NCBI GenBank assembly: GCA_046733575.1
Contig: JBKPPN010000218.1
Span: 1 to 30,108, forward strand
Origin: Candidatus Methylomirabilota bacterium
GTDB lineage: Bacteria; Methylomirabilota; Methylomirabilia; Rokubacteriales; CSP1-6
Length of the DNA stretch: 30,108 bases
Reading direction: 5' to 3'
The notes under the pieces: generated by a model
The model's input: only the letters and a program-made list of their open reading frames with translations
What the model was told of the DNA's origin: nothing
Database searches by the model: none
Program-made: the position numbers and the translations under genes
Shown: positions 7,213 through 15,579 of the stretch, in pieces
Layout: every line of letters begins with the position of its first letter
How positions within the stretch are numbered: the first letter of the stretch is position 1

Positions 7213-8534
7213 GCATCGACAAGGAGCTCGCGGAGTACACGGCGAAGACGTCGCGCTCGCGCGCGCTACACGAGGAAGCGGCGCGCGTGATGCCGGGCGG
7301 CAACAGTCGCACCACGACGTTCTTCGATCCGTATCCGTTCTACATCGAGCGCGGCCAGGGCGCCCACGTCTGGGACGCCGACGGCACCGAGCGCGTGGAC
7401 TTCAACGGCAACTACACGAGCCTCATCCTCGGTCACGCGCCGCCCGAGATCATCAAGACCGTGCAGGAGGTCGCGGCGCACGGCTTGTCGTTCCCGGGAC
7501 CGACGGAGCACGAGATCCGGCTCGCCGAGGTCATCGGTCAGCGCGTGCCGTCCATCGAGACGCTGCGCTTCACCAACTCGGGCACCGAGGCCACCATGAA
7601 CGCGGTGCGCGCGGCGCGCGCGTTCACGGGCCGGTCGAAGATCGCGAAATTCGAGGGCGCGTTCCACGGCACGCACGACTGGGTGATGGTCAGCGTCACG
7701 CCCGATCCGAAGGCGGGCGGCGGACGGACCCGACCGAAGCCCGTCGCGTGGTCGGCCGGCGTGCCGCCCGCCGTCCTGAAGCACACGGTGGTCCTGCCGT
7801 GGAACGACGCCGACGCGTGCGAGTCCATCCTCGAGAAGGAGGCGGGCAGCATCGCCGCGCTCCTCGTGGATCCGCTCCTCGGCATCGGGGGGATCCTGCC
7901 GCCCGTCGAGGGATTCCTGGAGCGGCTGCGCGCGATCACCGAGCGGCACGGCATCGTGCTGATCTTCGACGAGGTGATCTCGTTCCGCGTCGCCCCCGGC
8001 GGCGCGCAGGAGCGCTTCGGGATCCGCCCGGACCTCACGACGCTCGGCAAGATCATCGGCGGCGGCCTGCCCGTCGGCGCCTTCGGCGGACGCGCGGACA
8101 TCATGGCCGCCTACGACCCGCGCAAGGGCGGCGCTCGGATCAGCCACGGCGGCACGTTCAACGCCAATCCGGTGACGATGGCGGCCGGGCTCACGACGCT
8201 CAACGCGCTGACGCCCGAGGCGTACGCGCGCCTCGACGACCTCGGTGAGAGGCTGCGCGGCGGTGTCACGCGTCTGCTCGCGAGCACGCGGCGGAAGGGA
8301 CAGATCACCGGCCTGGGCTCGCTCTTCTGCCTCCACTGGACGACGGTGCCGCTGAGCGACTACCGGTCGAGCCGACCGAAGGACGGGGACGCGCCGATGC
8401 GCGTGTTCATGGGACTGCTCAACGAGGGTATCCTCCTCTCCCAGCGCGGCATGGGCGCCTGCTCGCTCGCGATGAGCGAGGAGCACGTCGACCGCTTCGT
8501 GAACGCGCTCGCGCGGGTGCTGGCCCGCGGCTGA
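7209..8534 (+). CDS. Class III PLP aminotransferase, glutamate-1-semialdehyde aminomutase-like paralog
   Basis: ATGA overlap with pxpC. Contains RFTNSGTEA, KFEGAFHG, FDEVIS and PDLTTLGKIIGGG (PLP Lys). Has PGGNSRT and GTFNANP where canonical HemL has GGVNSPVR and GTLSGNP. Confidence 0.85.
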   Translation: MSIDKELAEYTAKTSRSRALHEEAARVMPGGNSRTTTFFDPYPFYIERGQGAHVWDADGTERVDFNGNYTSLILGHAPPEIIKTVQEVAAHGLSFPGPTEHEIRLAEVIGQRVPSIETLRFTNSGTEATMNAVRAARAFTGRSKIAKFEGAFHGTHDWVMVSVTPDPKAGGGRTRPKPVAWSAGVPPAVLKHTVVLPWNDADACESILEKEAGSIAALLVDPLLGIGGILPPVEGFLERLRAITERHGIVLIFDEVISFRVAPGGAQERFGIRPDLTTLGKIIGGGLPVGAFGGRADIMAAYDPRKGGARISHGGTFNANPVTMAAGLTTLNALTPEAYARLDDLGERLRGGVTRLLASTRRKGQITGLGSLFCLHWTTVPLSDYRSSRPKDGDAPMRVFMGLLNEGILLSQRGMGACSLAMSEEHVDRFVNALARVLARG

Positions 8535-8549
8535 CGTCACCCGAGAGGC

Positions 8550-8567
8550 GGCGCGGCTTTCCGCGCC
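8550..8567 (+). other. 7-bp GC hairpin in the aminotransferase-pxpA spacer (possible mRNA stabiliser or attenuator)
   Basis: GGCGCGG-CTTT-CCGCGCC; no following U-tract. Confidence 0.3.
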
Positions 8568-8615
8568 GGTCCACGCCGGGGCTGGGGGGGCCATCGAGGA
8601 CCCCATGGAGGAGAA

Positions 8616-9398
8616 ATGAGCAAGTTCATCGATCTGAACTGCGACATGGGGGAGAGCTTCGGACGCTGGAAGCTGGGCGCGGACGAGGAGATCATGCCGT
8701 TCATCACGTCGGCCAACGTGGCGTGCGGCTTCCACGCTGCCGATCCGCACGTCATGCGCAAGACGGTCGCCTTGGCCCTCAAGCACAGGGTGGCGATCGG
8801 GGCGCATCCCGGTCTGCCCGACCTCATGGGGTTCGGGCGCCGCGTGATGGACGTCACACCCGACGAGGTGAAGGACTACATCTGCTATCAGGCGGGCGCG
8901 CTGCGCGAGTTCGTGCGCGTGGCGGGCAGCGATCTCCAGCACGTGAAGCCGCACGGCATCCTCTACAACATGATGGAGAAGAGCGACGAGCTCGCCGCCG
9001 GCGCGGCGGATGCGGTCATGGCCTCGGGCGGGACGGACCTGATCCTCATGGCCGCGGCGTCGACGTCGTTCGATCGTGCCGTGCGAAAGATGGGCGCGCG
9101 GGTAGCGTCGGAGGGTTTCGCCGACCGCGCGTATACCGTTGATGGGCGGCTGGCGTCGCGAAAGATCCCCGGCTCGCTGATCACCGACCCCAAGCGCGCG
9201 GCCGCGCAGGCGGTGAAGATGGCCACCGAGGGCAAGGTCGTCACCATCGACGGCGTGGAAATCGACATCTCGGTGCAGTCGATCTGCTGCCACGGGGACA
9301 CCCCCGGCTCCGACACGATCGTCCGCACCGTGCGGGAAGCGCTGGACAAGGCCGGCTGTGTCGTGAAGCCCCTGCGGGAATGGCTCCCGCGCGCCTGA
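8616..9398 (+). CDS. pxpA: 5-oxoprolinase subunit A (LamB/YcsF family)
   Basis: IDLNCDMGESFG, ITSANVACGFHAADP, GAHPGLPDL.GFGRR, HVKPHG.LYN, EGFADRAY and ICCHGDTP. SD GGAGGAG upstream. Confidence 0.93.
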   Translation: MSKFIDLNCDMGESFGRWKLGADEEIMPFITSANVACGFHAADPHVMRKTVALALKHRVAIGAHPGLPDLMGFGRRVMDVTPDEVKDYICYQAGALREFVRVAGSDLQHVKPHGILYNMMEKSDELAAGAADAVMASGGTDLILMAAASTSFDRAVRKMGARVASEGFADRAYTVDGRLASRKIPGSLITDPKRAAAQAVKMATEGKVVTIDGVEIDISVQSICCHGDTPGSDTIVRTVREALDKAGCVVKPLREWLPRA

Positions 9399-9412
9399 CC
9401 ACGGGGCAGAAA

Positions 9413-9439
9413 TTCCCCTTCTCTTTGAAGAAAGGGGGA
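9413..9439. terminator. AT-richer hairpin between convergent genes; candidate bidirectional terminator
   Basis: TTCCCCTT pairs with AAGGGGGA (one G-U) around an inner TCT/AGA stem. Lies between the pxpA stop (9398) and the receiver-gene stop (9453). U-tracts are short. Confidence 0.5.
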
Positions 9440-9452
9440 GAACGGGGCCGTT

Positions 9453-9821
9453 TCAGGCCGCGACGCGGTCGCGGTCGGGCAGTCCCAGGTGCTGGAGGAG
9501 GGTGCTCCAGCTCACCGGCTTGGTGAGGACGACGTCAGCGCCGGCCTCGAGGGCACGAGTCTGGTACGGCTCGCCGTACCCCGTCACGACGACGACGCGC
9601 GGTCGTCGCCTCGCCGCGTCGAGGACGGCACGAATGACGATGTCACCCGGAATATCGGGGAGGCCGAGATCGGTGAGCAGGACGTCGATGTCTCCGCGTG
9701 CCGCCGCCTCGATGGCGTCTCGACCGTTGGCCGCCGCGGTCACCGTCAGTCCCTCCTCGGTGAGGAGGAGGGTGAACAGTTCGCGTATATCCTCGGTGTC
9801 TTCGACGACCAGAACCCTCAT
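9453..9821 (-). CDS. Stand-alone response regulator receiver domain (CheY-like)
   Basis: VLVVED acidic pocket, LLTDLGLP phosphoacceptor Asp, VVTG and LTKP; no output domain. 122 aa. Confidence 0.9.
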   Translation of the reverse strand: MRVLVVEDTEDIRELFTLLLTEEGLTVTAAANGRDAIEAAARGDIDVLLTDLGLPDIPGDIVIRAVLDAARRRPRVVVVTGYGEPYQTRALEAGADVVLTKPVSWSTLLQHLGLPDRDRVAA

Positions 9822-9833
9822 GACCTTCCGTCG

Positions 9834-9849
9834 AGCAAGAGGGATGCCG
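9834..9849 (-). promoter_or_regulatory. Candidate sigma54 (-24/-12) promoter for the receiver gene
   Basis: CGGCATC-CCTC-TTGCT: GG and GC are separated by the canonical 10 nt of TGGCACG-N4-TTGCW. Confidence 0.55.
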
Positions 9850-9869
9850 GCCGTTCGACCAGCCCTCCC

Positions 9870-9898
9870 TTGACCCCTCCGGGCCCGGATGGTCTACT
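9870..9898 (+). promoter_or_regulatory. Candidate sigma70 promoter of the gcv operon, TTGACC-N17-TCTACT
   Basis: Good -35 with exact 17-nt spacing; the -10 lacks the A at position -11. Confidence 0.45.
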
Positions 9899-9913
9899 GA
9901 GGCGCCCCGTCTG

Positions 9914-11023
9914 ATGACTGCTGCGTTGAAGCTCACCCCGCTGCACAGCCTCCACGTCAAGGCCGGTGCGCGCATGGTTCCCTTCGGGGGCTGGGACATG
10001 CCTGTCCAGTACACCGGCATCATCGAGGAGCACCGGACCGTGCGGAGCGCGGTCGGGCTCTTCGATGTCAGCCACATGGGCGAGTTCGAGGTCGAGGGCG
10101 GCGACGCGCTCACCGCCCTCCAGCGGGTCACGACCAACGACGTCGGCGCGCTCGCGGTGGGACAGGTCCAGTACACCGCGCTGTGCGCGGACGACGGCGG
10201 CATCGTGGACGACGCGACCGTCTATCGCCTCGAGGCCGACCGCTACATGATGACGGTCAACGCGAGCAACATCGACAAGGACTGGGCCTGGGTCACCGAG
10301 CGCAGCGCCGCGCCCGGCGCACGGTGGCGCAACGTCTCGTCCGACACGGCGCTGATCGCGGTGCAGGGGCCGCACGCCGAGGCGCTCGTCGGGCGGCTGT
10401 CCGACGTCGACGTGCCCGGCATCCCGTACTATCACGCCCGGCGCGGCCGTGTCGCGGGCGTCGCCACGCTGATCTCGCGCACGGGCTACACGGGCGAGGA
10501 CGGCTTCGAGCTCTACGTCCGCGCCGGCGACGCCGAACGTCTCTGGATCGCGCTGCTCGACGCCGGCGCGGGCGAGGGCGTCGCGCCCATCGGTCTCGGC
10601 GCGCGCGACACGCTGCGGCTGGAGATGCGGTATGCGCTCTACGGGAACGACATCGACGCGACGACGAACCCGCTCGAGGCGGGGCTGGGCTGGATCGTGA
10701 AGCCGGCCAAGGGCGACTTCATCGGCCGGGCCGCCATCGAGGGCGTCCGTGCCGCCGGCGTCACGCGACGGCTGGTCGGCCTCGAGATGCTCGACCGCGT
10801 TCCCGCGCGCCACGGCTACCGGGTCGTGGCGGACGGCTCGCCGATGGGCGTGGTGACGTCGGGATCGTACGGGCCGTCCGTCGAGAAGTCGATCGCGCTG
10901 GCCTACGTCGACATCGCGCACGCGGCCGTGGGCACCCCACTCGAGGTCGAGGTGCGCGGGCAGGGGCGTCCCGCGAAGGTCGTGCGCACGCCGTTTCATC
11001 CCTCGCGCGTCAAGAAATCGTGA
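9914..11023 (+). CDS. gcvT: Glycine cleavage system aminomethyltransferase T
   Basis: PFGGWDMPVQY, GLFDVSHMGEF, SRTGYTGEDGFE and GLGARDTLRLE; first gene of the gcv operon. Confidence 0.96.
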   Translation: MTAALKLTPLHSLHVKAGARMVPFGGWDMPVQYTGIIEEHRTVRSAVGLFDVSHMGEFEVEGGDALTALQRVTTNDVGALAVGQVQYTALCADDGGIVDDATVYRLEADRYMMTVNASNIDKDWAWVTERSAAPGARWRNVSSDTALIAVQGPHAEALVGRLSDVDVPGIPYYHARRGRVAGVATLISRTGYTGEDGFELYVRAGDAERLWIALLDAGAGEGVAPIGLGARDTLRLEMRYALYGNDIDATTNPLEAGLGWIVKPAKGDFIGRAAIEGVRAAGVTRRLVGLEMLDRVPARHGYRVVADGSPMGVVTSGSYGPSVEKSIALAYVDIAHAAVGTPLEVEVRGQGRPAKVVRTPFHPSRVKKS

Positions 11024-11048
11024 CGTCCACCCAGGAACGAGGAGCCCG

Positions 11049-11438
11049 ATGACCATTCCGGCCGATCTGCGGTACACGCGAGACCACGAGTGGGCGAAGA
11101 GAGAGGGCGATCAGCTCCGCGTCGGCATCACGGCCTTCGCGCAGGAGCAGCTGGGCGACGTCGTGTTCGTCGAGCTGCCGAAGATCGGCGCTCGCGTCAC
11201 CGCGCGCCAGTCGTTCGGCGTGGTGGAGTCGGTCAAGGCGGTCTCCGATCTGTTCGCCCCCGTCACGGGCGAGGTCCTGGAGGTCAACGGCGATCTCGTG
11301 AAGTCGCCCGAGATCGTGAACCAGGACCCCTACGGCAAGGGTTGGATGATCGCGGTGAAGCCGGTCAACGCCGAGGAGTGGAACGAGCTGCTCTCCCCGG
11401 CCCAGTACGAGGCGTTCCTCGCCGAGGCCGCGCACTGA
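11049..11438 (+). CDS. gcvH: Glycine cleavage system H protein
   Basis: [26 protein letters not shown] and VESVKAVSD (lipoyl Lys). SD GAGGAG upstream. Confidence 0.96.
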   Translation: MTIPADLRYTRDHEWAKREGDQLRVGITAFAQEQLGDVVFVELPKIGARVTARQSFGVVESVKAVSDLFAPVTGEVLEVNGDLVKSPEIVNQDPYGKGWMIAVKPVNAEEWNELLSPAQYEAFLAEAAH

Positions 11439-12787
11439 TGGCCTCGCGGTACATCCCGACCACGACCGCCGAGCAGCGCGAGATGCTGCGGACGATCGGC
11501 GTCGGGTCCATCGAGGACCTGCTCGCCAAGGTCCCCCAGAAGGCCCGCCTGTCGCGACCGCTGCAGCTGTCGCCGGCGCAGGCCGAGAACGAGCTGCTGG
11601 TCACCATGCGCGCGCTGGCGGCGCAGAACGCCGACGCCGACTCGCACGTCTGCTTCCTCGGCGGCGGGTCGTACGACCACTTCGTGCCGCTCGTGATCAA
11701 CCACATGATCCTCCGCGGCGAGTTCTTCACCGCCTACACGCCGTACCAGCCCGAGGCGAGCCAGGGCACGCTCCGGTCCATCTACGAGTACCAGACGATG
11801 ATCGCGGAGCTGACGGGCATGGACGTCGCGAACGCGTCCATCTACGACGGCGCGTCGTCGCTGGCCGAGGCCGCGCTGATGGCGCACTCGGTGACGGGAC
11901 GGACCGAGGTCGTGCTGTCCGCGGCGCTGAATCCGCTGCACCGACGCGTGACCGCCACGTACTGCGACGGACCCGGCCTGCGGCTGCGCGATTGCCCCGC
12001 CCCGGACGGCGTCATCGACCTGGACGCGGCGCGACGCCTCGTCACGGACAAGACGGCCGCCCTCGTGGTGCAGACACCGAACTTCTACGGCTGTCTCGAG
12101 GACGTGAAGGTCGCCGCGACCATCGCGCACGAGGCGGGGGCGCTGCTGATCGTGTCGGCGGATCCCGTGAACCTCGGGGTGCTCGAGGCCCCGGGCAAGC
12201 TCGGCGCCGACATCGTCGTCGGCGAAGGGCAGGGCCTCGGCGTCCCGATGAGCTTCGGCGGTCCGAACCTCGGCGTCTTCGCCACCAAGAACGAGCTGGT
12301 GCGGCGCATGCCGGGTCGTCTCGTCGGCGTGACGGTCGACCGCGACGGCGAGCGCGGGTTCGTGCTCACCCTGCAGACCCGGGAGCAGCACATCCGCCGC
12401 GCCAAGGCGACCTCGAACATCTGCACCAACGTCGCGCTGTGCGCGCTGATGGCGACGGTGTACGTCGCCACGCTCGGAAAGCAGGGACTGGTGCGCGTGG
12501 GCGAGCTCTCGATGGCCAAGGCGCATTACGCAGCGCGCCGGCTCACCGAGATCCCCGGCGTGTCGCTGCGGTTCTCCGCGCCCTTCTTCAAGGAGTTCGC
12601 GCTGACGCTTCCCAAGCCGCCCGATCGGGTGGTGGCCCGGCTGCTGAAGGACAAGATCCTCGCCGGCGTCCCGCTGAAGGCGTTCGATCGCAAGCTCGCC
12701 AGCGTGCTCCTCGTCGCGGTGACGGAGAAGCGGACGAAGACCGAGATCGACCGCTTCGCCGACTCGCTGGCCAAGGTGCTGGCATGA
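11438..12787 (+). CDS. gcvPA: Glycine dehydrogenase subunit 1
   Basis: TGATG overlap with gcvH. Contains [25 protein letters not shown] and [18 protein letters not shown]. Confidence 0.96.
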   Translation: MASRYIPTTTAEQREMLRTIGVGSIEDLLAKVPQKARLSRPLQLSPAQAENELLVTMRALAAQNADADSHVCFLGGGSYDHFVPLVINHMILRGEFFTAYTPYQPEASQGTLRSIYEYQTMIAELTGMDVANASIYDGASSLAEAALMAHSVTGRTEVVLSAALNPLHRRVTATYCDGPGLRLRDCPAPDGVIDLDAARRLVTDKTAALVVQTPNFYGCLEDVKVAATIAHEAGALLIVSADPVNLGVLEAPGKLGADIVVGEGQGLGVPMSFGGPNLGVFATKNELVRRMPGRLVGVTVDRDGERGFVLTLQTREQHIRRAKATSNICTNVALCALMATVYVATLGKQGLVRVGELSMAKAHYAARRLTEIPGVSLRFSAPFFKEFALTLPKPPDRVVARLLKDKILAGVPLKAFDRKLASVLLVAVTEKRTKTEIDRFADSLAKVLA

Positions 12788-14274
12788 AGACGGGGGCCGC
12801 GTACGACAAGCTGATCTTCGAGATCTCATCGCCCGGCCGCGTGGGGTACTCGCTGCCCGAGGCCGACGTCCCCGTCGACGACGTCCGCGTGTCGCTACCC
12901 GCCGGTTTCGCGCGCGCCGAGGCGCCCGCGCTGCCCGAGGTGTCGGAGTTCGACGTCGTGCGCCACTACTCGCGGCTCTCGCGCATGAACTACGGCGTCG
13001 ACACCCACTTCTATCCGCTCGGCTCGTGCACGATGAAGTACAACCCGAAGATCAACGAGGACGTGGCGCGGCTGGCCGGCTTCGCGCGCCTGCATCCGCT
13101 CACGCCCGACGTCGCCGCCCAGGGCGCCCTCCGCCTCATGTACGAGCTGAGCGAGGCGCTCGCGGAGATCGCGGGGATGGACGCGGTGTCGTTGCAGCCC
13201 GCGGCCGGTGCACAGGGCGAGCTGGCCGGCGTCCTCATGATCCGCGCCTTCCACGAGGCCAACCGCGAGAAGCGCACGAAGGTCCTCATCCCGGATTCCG
13301 CGCACGGCACCAACCCCGCGACCACCGCGCTCGCCGGCTACACCGTGGTCGAGGTGAAGTCGGACCACGACGGCGGCGTCGACCTCGGCGAGCTGGAGCG
13401 GCACCTGGGTGCCGACGTGGCGGCCTTCATGATCACGGTGCCATCGACGCTCGGGCTGTTCGAGCCTCGCATCACGGAGATCACCGAGCTCTGTCACGCC
13501 AAGGGCGTCCAGGTCTACATGGACGGCGCCAACCTCAACGCGATCCTCGGGATCACGCGGCCGGGTGACCTCGGCTTCGACGTCTGCCACTTCAACCTGC
13601 ACAAGACCTTCACCACCCCGCACGGCGGCGGCGGTCCCGGCGCCGGTCCCGTCGGCGTCAAGGCGCACCTCGCGCCGTTCCTGCCCGCGCCCGTCGTGGC
13701 GAAGGAGACGAAGGACGGCGTCGACCGGTTCTCGCTGGACTGGAAGCGGCCGCGCTCGATCGGCAAGCTGCAGGCGTTCTGGGGCAACTTCGGGATGCTC
13801 GTGCGTGCGCTCACGTACATCCGCACGATGGGACCCGACGGGCTGCGCAGCGTCGCCGAGCACGCGGTGCTGAACGCGAACTACATCATGAAGCGGCTGG
13901 AGCCCCACTACGATCTCGGCGCGCCGGGTCCGTGCATGCACGAGTGCGTGCTGTCGGCGCGTCGTCAGAAGAAGCTCGGCGTGACGGCCACCGACATCGC
14001 GAAGCGTCTCCTCGATCTCGGGTTCTACGCGCCGTCCACGTACTTCCCGCTCATCGTGGAAGAGGCGCTGATGATCGAGCCCACCGAGACCGAATCCAAG
14101 GAGACACTCGATGCGTTCTGCGACGCGATGATCCAGATCGCGCGCGAGACGGAGTCCAACCCCGGCGTGATCCACGAGGCGCCCGTGACGACGGCCGTGC
14201 GCCGGCTCGACCAGACGAAGGCCGCGCGGGAGCCGGATCTCCGCTGGCGTCGCGCCCCGGCGGAGCGCGACTGA
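12784..14274 (+). CDS. gcvPB: Glycine dehydrogenase subunit 2
   Basis: ATGA overlap. Contains [40 protein letters not shown] (PLP Lys) and [12 protein letters not shown]. Confidence 0.96.
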   Translation: MKTGAAYDKLIFEISSPGRVGYSLPEADVPVDDVRVSLPAGFARAEAPALPEVSEFDVVRHYSRLSRMNYGVDTHFYPLGSCTMKYNPKINEDVARLAGFARLHPLTPDVAAQGALRLMYELSEALAEIAGMDAVSLQPAAGAQGELAGVLMIRAFHEANREKRTKVLIPDSAHGTNPATTALAGYTVVEVKSDHDGGVDLGELERHLGADVAAFMITVPSTLGLFEPRITEITELCHAKGVQVYMDGANLNAILGITRPGDLGFDVCHFNLHKTFTTPHGGGGPGAGPVGVKAHLAPFLPAPVVAKETKDGVDRFSLDWKRPRSIGKLQAFWGNFGMLVRALTYIRTMGPDGLRSVAEHAVLNANYIMKRLEPHYDLGAPGPCMHECVLSARRQKKLGVTATDIAKRLLDLGFYAPSTYFPLIVEEALMIEPTETESKETLDAFCDAMIQIARETESNPGVIHEAPVTTAVRRLDQTKAAREPDLRWRRAPAERD

Positions 14275-14311
14275 GCCGGTCGGCAGCCGCCCCGGCTCGC
14301 TCCGGCCGCGC

Positions 14312-15139
14312 ATGACACCGGCGTGGCGGCTGCTCGTCACGGAGGCGACCGACGGCGCCACGAACATGGCGATCGACGAGGCGCTGTGGCGCGGCCGGCG
14401 CGCCGGGACGTCACCGCCCACGCTGCGCTTCTTCGCCTGGGATCCTCCCACCGTGTCGCTCGGCTACGGCCAGCGTCTCGACGACCACGTCGACGTCCCC
14501 GCGTGCGCACACCTGGGCGTCGGCCTCGTGCGGCGTCCGACGGGCGGCAGCGCGATCTACCACGACGGTCCCGAGCGTGAGCTGACCTACAGCGTGGCCG
14601 CCACCGCGGATGATCTGGGCGTCGGCGACGATCTCCTCCTCACGTACGAGTGGATCGGGCGTGCGCTCCTGCGCGGGCTGCGCGCGCTCGGCGCCGACGC
14701 CGAGCTGATGGCGGCGCGCCGGCCCGAGGGTCTCTCACCGGCGTTCTGCTTCGCGCGCACGGCAACGTGGGAGCTCGAAGTGGCGGGACGCAAGATCGCG
14801 GGCAGCGCGCAGCGCCGCCAGGGCCGATCGTTCCTGCAGCACGGCGCCGTGCTGCTGGGCGTCGACGAGCCGCGGCTGCGCGTCCTGTTTCCTCGCACGC
14901 GCGATCCCCTCGCCACGCTGACCACGCTCGAGGCCGCGCTCGGACACCGGCCGACGTTCGACCAGGTGGCCGCCGCGCTCGGCGCCGCGTTCGAGACGGA
15001 GCACGGGCTCACGCTGACCCCCGGTGGGCTGTCCGTCGACGAGGTCGAGGCGATGGAGCGTCTCGTGCGGGACAAGTACGCGACCCCGGAGTGGACCCAC
15101 CGGGGCGCGGCGCCGCGGCCCGTCCGCTCCGCCTCGTGA
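14312..15139 (+). CDS. lipM: Lipoate-protein ligase family, LipM-type octanoyltransferase (GcvH modification)
   Basis: NMAIDEAL, RRPTGGSAIYH, AFCF..T..WEL (catalytic Cys position of LipM), RKIAGSAQ and LQHG; directly follows gcv. Confidence 0.75.
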   Translation: MTPAWRLLVTEATDGATNMAIDEALWRGRRAGTSPPTLRFFAWDPPTVSLGYGQRLDDHVDVPACAHLGVGLVRRPTGGSAIYHDGPERELTYSVAATADDLGVGDDLLLTYEWIGRALLRGLRALGADAELMAARRPEGLSPAFCFARTATWELEVAGRKIAGSAQRRQGRSFLQHGAVLLGVDEPRLRVLFPRTRDPLATLTTLEAALGHRPTFDQVAAALGAAFETEHGLTLTPGGLSVDEVEAMERLVRDKYATPEWTHRGAAPRPVRSAS

Positions 15140-15579
15140 GCGCGCGCGAGTATCCCGACGCGCCGCGCGTCGGCGTGGGCGCCGTCGTGCTCAGCAGGGA
15201 CCGCGTGCTCCTCGTGCGGCGCGGGGGCCAGCCGTCGTCGGGAAAGTGGAGCCTGCCCGGGGGCGGGCTCGAGCTCGGCGAGACGACGGTCGAGGGCATC
15301 CAGCGCGAGCTCACCGAGGAGTGCGGCCTGCGCGTGCGCGTGGCGGGGCTCGCCGGCGTGCTGGACCGCGTCGTCCGCGACCCCGAGGGACGCGTGCGTT
15401 ACCACTGGGTGCTCGTGGACTTTCTCGCGTATCCCGAATCGGAGGAGATCTGCGCCGGCAGCGACGCCGCGGAGGCGCGCTGGGTGCCGATCACGGAGGT
15501 TTCCACTCTCGACGTGACGGACGGGCTCCTGGACATGATCGAGCGGGCCGTCGCGCTAGCCGGAGGATCCCGCCCATGA
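15136..15579 (+). CDS. NUDIX hydrolase (ADP-ribose pyrophosphatase-like)
   Basis: GTGA overlap. Complete Nudix box G-GLELG-E-TTVEGIQ-RELTEECGL. Confidence 0.9.
   Translation: MSAREYPDAPRVGVGAVVLSRDRVLLVRRGGQPSSGKWSLPGGGLELGETTVEGIQRELTEECGLRVRVAGLAGVLDRVVRDPEGRVRYHWVLVDFLAYPESEEICAGSDAAEARWVPITEVSTLDVTDGLLDMIERAVALAGGSRP

Noticed and set aside
7209-8534. hemL assignment
   Set aside because: It lacks the HemL-specific GGVNSPVR and GTLSGNP loops, and there are no hem genes nearby.
9822-9913. Glycine riboswitch upstream of gcvT
   Set aside because: The spacer is only 92 bp and is occupied by two promoter candidates. There is no room for an aptamer and no conserved aptamer motif is visible.
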